From assembly GCA_043228905.1 (NCBI GenBank), contig JBHGNT010000007.1:19096001-19160000 (forward strand): a DNA stretch of 64,000 bases, read 5' to 3'. This document shows, one piece after another, positions 36,032 to 48,346 of this stretch. Each line of letters begins with the position of its first letter. The first letter of the stretch is position 1. The notes under the pieces were generated by a model, which had not been told where the DNA came from, did no database searches, and saw only the letters and a list, made by a program, of their open reading frames with translations. This DNA is from Azolla caroliniana. Taxonomy: Eukaryota > Plantae > Polypodiophyta. The translations under genes and the position numbers were made by a program.

Positions 36032-38063
36032 ATGGGTAAACCAAAGAGCTTTTTATGGGACCACATTACTGTCTTGAAGAGAAACGATAAAGGAATGCAT
36101 ATAAATGAATGCAAACATTGCAAGCATGTATTTGCTGGTGGTCCACACCGAATTAAAGCCCATCTTTTGGGGCTAAAAGGATAAGGTGTGGATAAATGCC
36201 GCAAAGTCACTGGAGCAATAAAAGATGAGATAAAAAATTTGATATCGGATGTTGATGCTCATGAAAATACTAATGCTAATGAAAATTCTATTGCAGAAAG
36301 TGAGAATAATGTCGATGTAAGTACATCTAATGCCAATGTTGTGCCATCTACTTGTGCATCTGTAGTTGACATGTCATCTTCATCTGTAGTTGACAATTGA
36401 GAATACTGGTGGATCCCTACAAATCTCTTGGCAAAAAAGTTTGAATAAAATTGCCGATGAATCAGTGAGAAGATTCTTTTTTGTAGAGGATATTCCACAT
36501 CTTAAGGTTGATAGTTCATTTTTTCATGATATGGTTCAAGCAATTGCAAAGGCTGGTCTGTCATATAAGCCACCAAGTTCTTTCCAATTGGGAAAGAGGC
36601 ACTTAGATGAAGAAGTAAAATTTGTTGAAGATAAACTTTCATGCATTAAAGAGAAATGGAAAATATATGGATGGTCAGATACTAGAAATAGGCCAATAAT
36701 TAATGTTCTAGCTTCATCAATGTTTCGTTCAGTGTTTTTGAGGTCCGTGGATACAAGTGGAGAATGTAAAACGGGGGAGTATATCTTTAATATTCTAAAA
36801 GCTACCATTCTTGAAATTGGCCCAACAAATGTTGTGCAAGTATGCATTGATAATGCATCAAATTGTGTGGCAGCGGGACATATGATAGAGAAAGAGTGGC
36901 CCATGATATTTTTTACTCGATGCACATGTCATTGCCTTGATTTGTTGTTCGAGGATATAGGAAAATGTGCTTGGGTTAATGATGCTTTGAGATTAGGCTT
37001 GAAGGTTACCACGTTCTTCACAAGAAAGCTATATGTGCTTGCAATGTTTCACAAGTTTAGTAAAAAGGAATTGTTGAAGCCTTCTACTACAAGGTTTGCT
37101 TATAATTTCATTGTGCTACCAAATTTGTTGGATGATAGAGTGTATAGTGGTTTAAGAAGAATGGTAGTTAGTGAAGAATGGTGCCAATGGAAGGGATCTA
37201 AAACGCAACAAGTAGAAGTAGTTTCAATAATATTGAATGCTTCCTTTTGGTCAAATGTAAAGATGATAGTGGAAATATGCTCACCAATTTTAAAAGTGTT
37301 GCGATTTGTGGAAAGAGAAGGTGCAACAATGGGGTTGATATAGGAATGTACACGACGAATGATAGAAGAAATAAATAAAATGCAAGGAATCAATAACATG
37401 TTGCTTGATGAAATTAGAGGATTATGCATGGATAGATGCAAAATGTTACATTCACCATTACATGTAATTGGATATCTCTTACATCCAATTTGGTAGGAAA
37501 ATGTTCAAGTTTTTGATAATGTGGTGAATGCTTGTTGGATATACACCATTATGCGATATGCAAATGGTGACATTAAGATGCAAGGTAATTTATTAGATGA
37601 GTATCATGCTTATAAAACTAAAGAGAAGGGTATTTTTCAACTTCCACCTTCAAATGATCCTACTAGAATGAAAGATGGTGTTAAGTGGTGGGAATTATCT
37701 GGAGGAGAAACCCCAAATTTAAGTAAACTTGCGATATGAGTGCTTTCTCAAGGTACTTGTGCATCTCCATGTGAGAGAAATTGGAGTACCTTTTCATTGA
37801 TACACACTAAGAGGAGAAATAGGTTGAGTCATGATCATATAGAGAAGCTAGTATACTTGCATACCAACCATCGTCTATTAAAGAAAGTCAAAGAAAGAGA
37901 TTCAAGCCGTATAGAAGTGACATTGGATATGATTAATAAAGAAGAAGAAGATGATAGGCTTTTGCTATTGCAAAGACAACATGCAACTATGGTTAATGAG
38001 GATTTTGAAGAAGATGATGATGATAGGCAAGATGTTAACATTGACAATGCACCTCAAGAGTAG
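36032..38063 (+). pseudogene. hAT transposase pseudogene (BED finger, DUF659-type core, hAT dimerisation domain)
   Basis: WDH...CKHCKHVFAGGPHRIKAHL; NVVQVCIDNASNC; CTCHCLDL; WWE...LSQGTCASPCERNWSTFSLIHTKRRNRL. Multiple stops. KWKIYG-WSD lacks the segment that normally carries the first catalytic Asp (xDGWxD). Confidence 0.92.
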
Positions 38064-40479
38064 AGAGATGAGATTAACTATTAGTACTATGAATTTAGAG
38101 CTACTTTCTAGGTTAATGTTCATTTTTGAACTTTGGATAAATTTTAGTTCATGTTTAGAACTTTGGATGCTACTTTGTTAGTTTTCAATGAATTTATGGT
38201 CTTGATTTTTTTCTATAAAAATCTTGTTTATTTTTTATTTTTCATATTTTAAAAACAAAATTAAAGTAATAAAAATAAAAATAAAATAAATATAGATGAA
38301 TGGATTCCAATCATACTTGGAGCCATTTCACGTATGAGTATGATACGAATATTCACGTATGAGTATGACACGTTTGAGACATATGGCTAGAACTATGGTG
38401 CCATGCAAGATGAGATAGAATCCTTGCATGAGAACCATGATTATGAGTTGATAGAGGGAAAGAAGGAACTAAAAAACAAGTGGGTTTTGTTGGCTAGACA
38501 AGACGGCTAAAGGTGTGAAAGGGGACAGGAAGCCAAGCACAAAAAGCCGAACATGTGAAGCCAACCAAGGGTCGAATGGGGCGTGACTATAATGCCAATT
38601 ATTCAATAATGGAAACGATTGTAACTGACCATGCTTCCCAGAAATAGGAAGCATGGAATCTTATATAAGGGTTGTGTGAAAGAATGAGAGGGTGTGGCAG
38701 TGTGTTTAGACAAGAAATTGTACAAGAGGGGTGAGCATTTCTGAGAGAATAGAGAGCTATACTGATAATCGATCTGTACTTGTAAGTTAGCTTCTTTAAG
38801 CAATCCCTCAAGCAATCTCTATTTGATTGTCTGCAACTTAGAGACATTACACTACAAATTTACAATCATTACTTTGAGTGCTTCTAAGCTCTTTAGTGTC
38901 TAATCAACATTTGTATATTTCTCTTTATTCTTTGTGGGTTTTCACCTCACTTTGAGGTTTCCCACTTATAATAAAAGTGTTATTAAAAAAAAAAGTCAAT
39001 TGGTATTAGTAACAGAATTGTACCATCGATATATTATTCTTTCTTGTGGGGAAACCCTATGTGGTCTATTAGTGTTATAAGGTGTGTTGATCTCGTGTGA
39101 TTGTGTAGTTGCGTGCCCTAAATAAGTTATAGCCAATTCGACAGGGTCCCTATTCCTGTGTTCCTTGCGAGTATATAGGAATCAATCTGTGTCTCTGAGT
39201 GTCGTATGGAGCAGATGAGTGGGCATCCTTAGAGTGAGATATCTCGTAGTCCTTGGAGCAAAGTTATCCCTAGCTGTTGTATTCGACTGAGTGCACAGTC
39301 GACGGGATGACCCGAAACTCTTTCCCCCCTTACCGCAATACCTTGATCCGGTTACTCAAAAGTAGTAATTGAGAGTGTGTTCCTCTAGAAGGGAGTAACA
39401 ATTCTTGTATTGTCACGTTTGAAATAAGACAGTTACATTGTGTGCCTCTCTGTCTCTCTCTATTAGATTCTATCTCATGATCTTGATCTTTGATAAGTTT
39501 CCTTTCTAATCTTTGTTGTCAACTTGTTGATGTTCATCACATAGTGCATTTGATATTTCTGCATTGAAGGCCTTAGTCTCCAACATCTGGTATTAGAGTT
39601 TGGTTTTGTATTTTGCGGTTGGTAGTTATCTGACTTCAACAACATCTTTGGTCTCAACTCCTTGAAGAATCCAAGTAAATTCAAGTCTTGGAACAAACCC
39701 AAGATTTCAGTCGAACTGAAATATTGTCATTGCCAACCTTCTAGATTTTATCCAGCGAATAGTGAAGAGACCCCCCCCCCCCCCCCCCCCTCGTTGATGC
39801 GCACTCCACTTGTCATGAATCGTACTAGAGGCAGCGAGAATTAGTACTAGAGTGGTAAAGAGGAGAGAAAAGACTGTGTGAGGATCATTCGTTCGTTCGT
39901 TCAAGACTGGAAGAAAGAAAGAAAAATATATTAACGTCTTCGAAGGCCAAAATTGGCCCATGAGACAAATGGTTTACAACAAAAAATGGGATATTTACCC
40001 ATTCATCGAAAGTAAAAAATAAAAATAAAAATAAGATAAAAATAGAGTTTTAAGCTAAATAGTTCAAGTAAAATAACAAACATGTTCTATATAAAAAACA
40101 TGTTCTACAATGAAAATGATGTTATACTAGGCCTAATTTCATTTCCATCCAAGTCTCTTGAAGAGAAGCGGGAGGTCAAAGGGTTTCGATGTGGATGTGG
40201 CTCGTGGTCCCAATGTAAAAGGTACCCCAACCATAGCTTCTAGTCGACATAGCTCACGTTCCCTTATCTTCTTAATCTTTTCTACTCCATGTCGACTTGT
40301 TTTGAAGCCCAACATCCGAGGGCATTTGGTTGTTCTTTGCATTTTTGCTTCCTCAACAGAGAGGCCGAGCGACGTAAGTGTATCCACATTCATCATCTCC
40401 CCTTGTTCCTGAAAAATTACACTAGTTACATGTTGATGAATAGTAAAAGGGTTATGGTTAACACTTTGTAATTTATTCT

Positions 40480-41330
40480 CCCTATGTTGTTTTAGATCTA
40501 AGATATACCTACCTAGTCTCTTTACAACCGGGGTATCTAATAGTTTGGAGAGGGCGGAAGAGGGTCCTAATATGTCTTGGTATTCCGCCCGTATCTTGGC
40601 ATAAGTTGGGCACTTTCATGTGAAGTGATACTCATCCTCTATCTCTATGTGGCATAACCTACATAACCTTTCCTCTCTAGAAACTCTATTAGCCCGACCA
40701 TTCTCAATCTCAAGTTGGTGAGATGATACCCTAAGTTGTCCAATGACCACCCTTAGTGCATTTGATAAGAATGTATCTAGATATCTTGGTCGTGTAATAA
40801 AACCTAACTTAGAGAAGTGCAAGAAGTGTTCCTTATAGTACAACATTTTAATGGGAGTGGCTCTCGTGGGGCGATCCATTTATATCAAGTGTAAATTTGC
40901 CATATTTCTTGGCGTATCACTTTATTACGGACTTGAGATTAGAGTTTGATCAGTCCCATTGTTGTACTTAAGGGGAGGTAGGTTATTTAAAATGTTTATG
41001 CCCTTTTGCAAGGAACCAACTCACCACAGTGCTATACAAAGAGCTAGTGTCTCTAGACGCATGTAGGGATCGGATGCCTCAAAGGCTCGACGTGATATCC
41101 TATCTTGTGGTTGGCTATGTATCCGATGAATAAAAACTACCACTTGAAAATCCTATCTTGCTTCTACTAACATCGGGAGCACACTGAATTCTGCTCTAAT
41201 AATGTCATGTGGTATTGTCGATTTGCTTCGGAGTTGGCGTGATAACATCGTCACCAAAGGTCTCTCTAATTGTGTCCAAATGAAAGATGGTAGACCTGGA
41301 GGCCATACTACTGATGCATACATGAGGGAA
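40480..41330 (-). mobile_element. LINE 3' fragment (RTE-like C-terminus)
   Basis: LMYASVVWPPG...QLRVSSHQLEIENGR...RLCRLCHIEIEDEYHFT, homologous to the 16550-17300 region. Confidence 0.8.
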
Positions 41331-42070
41331 GCGGAAAACCACTCTTATTTTCTTTGGCACTTTGGATCCACCTGCTAAACAAGCGGTGCTCTAGAAACCA
41401 GCAAAACACCTACCAAAGATAGACAGGACTACTGATGCATACATGAGGGAAGCGGAAAACCACTCTTCTTTTCTTTGGCACTCTAGATCCACCTACTAAA
41501 CAAGTGGTGCTCCAGAAACCAGCAAATTGCCTACCAAAGATAGATAAGACTACTGATGCATACATGAGGGAAGCGGAAAACCACTCTTCTTTTCTTTGGC
41601 ACTCTAGATCCACCTACTAAACAAGTGGTGCTCCAGAAACCAGCAAATCTCCTACCAAAGATAGACAAGACTACTGATGCATACATGAGGGAAGCGGAAA
41701 ACCACTCTTCTTTTCTTTGGCACTCTAGATCCACCTGCTAAACAAGTGGTGCTCCAGAAACCAACAAATCGCCTACCAATGATAGATAGGGAAAGCATGT
41801 CCCTTTTCCATATCCCATCTCTTTTGTTCTCGTGTCTCATGTTTCTTTGCCACAAAAACCAGCAAATCGCCTACCAAAGATAGACAGGGACTACTGATGC
41901 ATACATGAGGGAAGCGGAAAATCTCTCTTCTTTTCTTTGGCACTCTAGATCCACCTGCCAAACAAGTGGTGCTCTAGAAACAAGCAAATCGCCTAGCAAA
42001 GATAGACAGGGAAAGCGTGTCCCTTTTCCATATCCCATCTCTTTTGTTCTCGTGTCTCATGTTTCTTTGC
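41309..42070. repeat. 121-bp tandem array (starts 41309, 41430, 41551, 41672) plus variant copies to about 42070
   Basis: TACTGATGCATACATGAGGGAAGCGGAAAACCACTC... recurs at exactly 121-bp spacing. Confidence 0.95.
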
Positions 42071-44261
42071 CGGATCAACCTCGGCTCTCTTTCGCTTCTC
42101 TTCCACTACTGCCTCTTGTGCATTCACTTGGGCGAATGCTGATAGTGCGTCTACTGGATTATTCCATCCAGTAAAGTTTCGTATTTCATCTCTTGTTCTT
42201 TTTAATTCATCCACTCAAACCTTCCCTTTTCTTGCATAATCCATCACATCTTGCCAAAAGCCAAATCCACCATACATGAGTCTTCTACACGCAACCCTAA
42301 TGTTGTGATAGATTGTATCGCTTGAGTTGTTTCTCTCTCGGCATCTTCCATTAGCTTTTTCATTCCACCTCGCCCGAAGTTGAGTTGAAGTGGTTGTCGA
42401 GTCTCTGTCGAGTGAATCTTACCATCTTGATAATAGATTTTATCATGATTAAGAGCATCCCTATGTTCTTGACAGTCTTTCTTCTGATGGTCGATATTGT
42501 CACACCACATACACCTTCTAACCATTCCACCTCCTTGCCTTGACGAAGTTGAGCTTTGTCTCGATTCTAGCTTCGTCACTTTGATCGACAATTCTTTCAT
42601 TCCTTTCACCAACTCATGCAAGAGTGAATCTTCTATTTTCTTATCTCTCGAGTCGTTTCCCGTTTCGTCTCCCTTCCTCTGTGGCAGCTCCATAAATCAT
42701 AACTTTCTTTCTCACCAAAAGCCAGATCCACCATACGAGTCTTCTACATGCAACCCTAATGTTGCGACAAATTGTATCGCTTGAGTTGTTTCTCTCTCGG
42801 CATCTTCCATTAGCTTTTTCACTCCACCTCACCTGAAGTTGAGTTGAAGTGGTTGTCGAGTCTCTATCGAGTGAATCTTACCATCTTGATAATAGATTTT
42901 ATCATGATTAAGATCATCCCTATGTTCTTGACAATCTTTCTTCTGATGGTCGATACTATCACACCTCATACACCTTCTGACCATTCCACCTCCTTGCCTT
43001 GACGAAGTTCAGCTTTGTCCCGATTCTAGCTTCGTCACTTTGATCGACAAGTCTTTCATGTCTTTCACCAACTCATGCAAGAGTGAATCTTCTATTTTCT
43101 TCTCTCCCGAGTCATTTCCCATTTCGTCTCCCTTCCTCTCTGGCAGCTCCATAAACCATAACTTTCTTTTACAGAAATGGGCGCAAGCCCTTTTCACCTC
43201 CTCCCACTTTTCGGCAAGTCCACTCGGACTATTATGATATTCCAAAAGCATTCCCAAGTCCTTCCTGTCTTTAATATTAGTAGCTTGTAGAAATAATATT
43301 ATTTTATCTGGCATTATTATGTTTCTATCCCTAACATTTAATTGCTCAAATCTTTTTGAAAACTCTTTTAACACTTCCAAAACACATAATTGTGGCCGCC
43401 TTCATGTCGGGTTCACCAAATGTGTTGGGGTAGTTGTGGTTCGTGCAGCGAAGTCGCAGGGACTAAAGTTAAAAGGAGTTGGCTATATATTTTAGAAGGC
43501 TTGTGCAACAATGTTAGAAAGATTAAGGATAGGAAGAACAAGAGTTAGAAGTAATGTGCGAGAGATAGATGAGCATAGATAAGAGATAAGAGACAATGTA
43601 TGATTTTACAAGTGTAAATGTATTATAAGAACAAGCTTTATATTAACAACACAATATTTTACCAAAGTTACAATGTTGATCACAAGATGCGACATTTCTT
43701 TCACTGAATTCTAGATTTGAACCCTTGACTCCAACTTCAAACCACGAGCCTCTTCCCAAATGAGCTAATTTGTTTGTTTGATCATATTATTTTTCTCACT
43801 TTTTCTTGATCCCCTCTTGTTTTCCTTGCCCCTCTATATATAAGTATTGTCATGCATATGGTAATGTGTGGGAGGATGGCATGCATGCAATGCATGACTT
43901 TCATGTGATGCATGATAGCCATCATGCTCATTTGAGCTCTCGTGTATGAAAATAGATATAGGATAAGTATAATGATGGAAATATATGTTTTAAAACAAAT
44001 AACTTAGTTTAGTGGTGTATACCTTGTGCTTGGTATACAAGGTTGAGGGTTCAAGTCTCTCAATTTTACTCCATACAATATTTAGTTTCATTCTTATATC
44101 ATGAAGCATATTCTTTACAATACCTTTAAAAATAAATAGCCTAGTTTTGTGGTATGTATGTTGTACTTCGTATATAAAGGTGTGGGTTCAAGTCTCTCAA
44201 ATACTACTAAATACAATATTTTAACTACATTTTTATATCATGAAGCACATTCTTCATGACA
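41900..44261 (-). mobile_element. Truncated tRNA-Trp-primed LTR element: LTR 43421-44261 and deleted gag with a ~460-bp duplication including the zinc knuckle
   Basis: The LTR starts TGTCATGAAGA and ends ...CAACACA. PBS TGGTGAACCCGACATGA. gag KEFSKRFEQL...DKIILFLQA...GLAEKWEEV is homologous to the 20710 gag. Knuckle CMWCDNIDHQKKDC. Confidence 0.85.
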
Positions 44262-46055
44262 CCGGCAAGTATGGACCTCGAGGTCGAGCAGCTAGACGTC
44301 AAGACGGCGTTCCTGCACGATGACCTCGAAGAAGAGATCTACATGCAACATCTAGAGGGATTAGTCAAGAAAGGGAAGGAGCACCTAGTGTGCCGGTTGA
44401 AGAAGAGCTTATACGGATTGAAGCAAGCTCCTCGGAAATGGTACCGGAAGTTCGACTCCTTCATGACCGACCAAGGATACCACAAGACGCACGCCGACCA
44501 CTACGTGTTTGTGAAGAATTTCGATGGAGGTGACTTCCTGATACTCCTGCTATATGTGGATGACATGTTGATCGTCAGACCGGACCAAATCTAAAGAAGG
44601 CCTTGAACAAAACCTTCTCAATGAAAGATGTGGGTTCGGCGAGACAAATATTGGGGATGCACACAATCCGGGACCGAACAAAGAAACTATTAATAATGGT
44701 TGTCCCAAGAGAAGTACGTGACAAAGGTGCTCCAACGATTCAGCATGGCGCATGTGAAGCCGGTCGGATTGACACTTTCGGCAAGTTGTAAACTGTCCGG
44801 AAGACAGTTCGAAGACAAAGGTATAGAAGTTGGAAATGATGAAGATACCATATGCCTCTGCCGTCGAAAGCCTGATGTATGCAATGGTGTGTACCCGACC
44901 GGATATCGGATATGCAGTCGGAGTGGTCAACTGGTTCATGAGCAATCCGGGAAGAGAACATTGGATCGCGGTCAAGTGGATACTCCGGTACTTGAGAGGC
45001 ACCTCGACCATGTGCCTCTGATTCGCCTCCGGTAAACCCCTATTAGAAGGCTTCACCGATTCAAACATGTCAGTTGATGTAGATACCAACTGGTCTACAT
45101 CCAGATATGTTATGACATATGCAGGGGGAGTTGTATCTTGGCATTCGAGGTTGCAGAAGTCCGTTGCACTGTCGACAATGGACGCAAAGTACATGGCAGT
45201 CGTGGAAGCCGGAAAAGAGGTAATCTGGATGAAGGACTTCATCGGAGAGCTAGGATCTGGCATGAGGAATTCTGGCCCTACTACGACAGTAAAAGTGTCG
45301 TCCACCTCGCGAAGAACATGGCCTACTACTCCCAGACCAAGCACATCCAGAGGAGATATCACTGGATCCGAGAGAAGGTAGAAGATAAAGAGTTCTTGCT
45401 GATGAAGATCCATATGGAGGAGAATGGGTCGGACATGTTGACCAAGGTTATGTCAGCCGACAAGTTGGACGTGTGTTGGACACGGATCAGACTGACGAGA
45501 TATCCCATGCCAGGGTGAAGGGAGAGTTTGTTGGGAAACAGGTTCCTCTAGATGAGAACCGGACTAGCCGGATCAGACGGAACGAAGTAAGGAACCGGAC
45601 CGGATGGATCTGAAAGGTATCCAAATACCGGATCGGATGGATATGGAAGGAGTCCAGCCGGTATGAACCAACAAATAGGAACATATTAGTAAATATGTTT
45701 AGACCTGATCGTTGAGGTCATATTTGTAAATCGCCCAAAGTTATATAAGTATAAATATAACTAGGACAATATTATTATGTATGATTATTATTGTAATTGT
45801 TATTGTAGAGAGAGACACACACACGCACACAGAAAGGTCTTTGTTGTAACTGCCGGTTGGCGAAGATAAAGCTTAAGGTTGTTGCCTCTGAGTCTCCCAT
45901 TGTATCTTTCCTCTCATAGTGATAGTTGGAGTCTGTGGGATCTCGTGGTTTTTGCCTATTAGAGTTTTCCACATTACATTCTGTGTCATCTCATTTCTGT
46001 TTTCTGTTTCTTCCATTGTGTGATTAAGACTCGGTTGTGACCAAGCACTATTCCT
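44262..46055 (+). mobile_element. Copia 3' part (RT, RNase H, PPT, 3' LTR from 45529), related to the 17413 element
   Basis: DLEVEQLDVKTAFLH, LKKSLYGLKQAPR, LLYVDDML, KHIQRRYHWIRE, SDMLTK; LTR starts TGTTGGGAAA. Confidence 0.92.
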
Positions 46056-46059
46056 ATTA

Positions 46060-46620
46060 GAGCTGACGGGTGGACGGGCGCTAATGCCACAACGACAATG
46101 GAGCTGACAAGGGACTTAGGAGCAAATGAGCCAACTGTAGGGGTCGAGGTGCACGGAACTAGATGGGTCGAGAAGCGTTGAACCAGAGGGGTTGTATGAC
46201 ACAAAACCGAACCGGACGAGGAGCGCGAACAAGGCGAGAAGACACTTGGAGAAGCCGGACGCTAGAACCGACTGGAGCCGACACATTGGAACCTCAAGTT
46301 GAGCTTGAGGGGTAGTGTTGAGTGAACAAGCTCAACATGGGCCGAATTGGTTGAATAAGCTGAAAGCCGGATCGGACATAGGTCGATTGACTAGGCCCAA
46401 ATCGGCTAAATAAGCCGAAAGCCGAATCAGATGGAATTCGATAGGCCATTAGTGAGCCTATATGCCTATTTTAGTAAATAGACCTATTATAGGTTAATCA
46501 GTGTTAGGCTCATTCATGAGCATTAATGTACTGATAGTGTCAACCCACTCATCAGGGCTTGTATAAAAAGTGCTTGGTTAGTTAAACGAGTACATGGTTA
46601 AAGAGTTTGAAAAGAAAGAG
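46060..46620 (+). mobile_element. Copia 3' UTR, PPT and LTR start (46316), same lineage as the 26799-32142 element
   Basis: GTTGAGCTTGAGGGGTAG-TGTTGAG..ACAAGCTCAACA matches the junction at 27350-27400 on the minus strand. Confidence 0.65.
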
Positions 46621-48186
46621 TAACTGATAACATTTTTTATGTCTCAATGGTATTTACATCATGAGCCTATTGGAGCTAATTTAGAGATTTATGAAAAAAT
46701 AACTATATTAATTTATAATATTGTATACACGAAGTGCCCCATCAATCATAGAGATCACAGTCAAAGCCAAGCCTGGTTCATTGTGCAAGTGGGATGTGTT
46801 CAATGACAATTAATTCGGAGATTAAACTACCACATGTTGCTAGAAAATTTTTCGTTCCTTTATACATACCACAATTATCATTGCACTGAAGACATGAAAA
46901 AACATACTTATGTTGGGAGTTGACAATCCATATGCCTTGAGCCACATTAATGTGCCTCGAGGTTGATAATGGTTCAGTTGTGATGTTTGCCTCGAATGTT
47001 GCATGTACTCCAAACTTAAATGGGTGGTTGGGTTGGCTCAAATTCAATGGGCCAACTTTAGTAGACTTGGTTGTGGAAGTAGAATGTGAAATGACTTAGG
47101 CCTTGAGGTGGCTTACGACACACCTTAGCCACATTACCAATCAATGCCAAGCAATCATACTAAGTACCAAAGGGATTGTAATGCTTTAGTATATACTTTT
47201 TACTTGACATTCTTTTAACAAAATTCCTTAATTTCTTGTTAAATATTTTGGGTCTAGTTGTTCGCTATTAATGGAAATCATTGAATCATTTATTTCCATT
47301 CTATGCTCAATGAGCGTTTGATGAACTCCCCCACAATTGATTTGAACACGTTGTTTTTCATTGTGTGCCGATCTCTAGAACTAAGGCACATAGACACAAT
47401 ACATTCCGGTTCTAGACAATGATCAAATGATGAGCAACACGTGCTCATATATGATATCGATGTTGCGACTGTTCAAGCTTTTTGCTCTTTCCAAACACTT
47501 TATCAAAAATTTGTGTGGTTTGGAAGGTGATGTTCAAATGAGGGTAGGTTCAGAATTAGCAAAAACCTCTTGAGATTTAACAAATGCAAGAGACGACACA
47601 AAAGCCCACAAAGGCTACACATATGAAAAGCACATGCGGACAATTTAATATAGAAACTCATCTCTACACTTTTCTAGGTGCACATGTTTTACGTGGGTTC
47701 CTTATGTGGTCCAATTTAACTTGGTTGCATGTTTAATAACTGACCCCCAAAACCTCCTTACATTTGTTCCATTGGATTCCCTCATCGAATTCCTCATCCT
47801 CACATTGAGCCCATTGAAATATCATCCTCATCTTGGTGGCACCCTCATGTGCACACCCTCATTCTCATCATTTGATGTGTTATGGTTGTCTCAAAGAGGA
47901 AGAGGCAATGGAAGAAGGGAAGAGGGAGACACCAAAAATAAAAATAAGGCATAACTTAAGCAAAAGAAGCCATAAATGATTGGAAGACGCTATAAATCTA
48001 GGATAGCAACAAAAGATGACACAAAAACCGACAAAACTTAAAGTGCGAAAAAGAACGAAGAGACATAATACCATGTGCAATTCTAGACGTTCCATGTATA
48101 GCTATATATCATTGACAATAAGTAAGTTTTCCCCAAAGGCTCATTCCAACTACAACACTACTAGCCTCATTCACTTCATTGAAGAA

Positions 48187-48188
<2 letters not shown>

Positions 48189-48256
<68 letters not shown>

Positions 48257-48307
48257 ACAAAATCTCAAATGGACTTTTTTGATGGTACAATATATCTATC
48301 ATTGACA

Positions 48308-48343
<36 letters not shown>
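48189..48343. repeat. (GA)n (about 48189-48255) and (TG)n (about 48311-48343) microsatellites
   Basis: Directly visible. Confidence 0.95.

Positions 48344-48346
<3 letters not shown>

Larger units (their letters stand above)
33212..38397 (+). mobile_element. hAT DNA transposon with both ends, about 5.2 kb including a nested LTR
   Basis: Terminal inverted CATAGTTC/GAACTATG, 8-bp TSD ATGTCATG/GTGCCATG (2 transitions), CGTACG-type subterminal repeats and an internal transposase. Confidence 0.9.
32800..38490 (+). mobile_element. Copia integrase-RT linker fragment split by the hAT insertion (32800-33211 and 38398-38490)
   Basis: RDIFFMEDKTI...RRYPLR...TDEGEPECFEEA continues after the hAT as AMQDEIESLHENHDYEL...LKNKW, homologous to 24100-24670. 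Confidence 0.85.

Noticed and set aside
38500-40420. LTR-like and exon-like fragments, including ORFs 39475-39702 and 40139-40396
   Set aside because: No recognisable domain or paired boundaries. Probably TE debris, but unassignable.
43712-44197. Functional tRNA genes
   Set aside because: A and B boxes are present but there is no acceptor stem or complete cloverleaf, so they are reported only as tRNA-like cassettes.
46750-47650. Possible degraded DNA-transposase (Cys-rich, SWIM-like) on the minus strand
   Set aside because: The motif is incomplete and the frames are broken.
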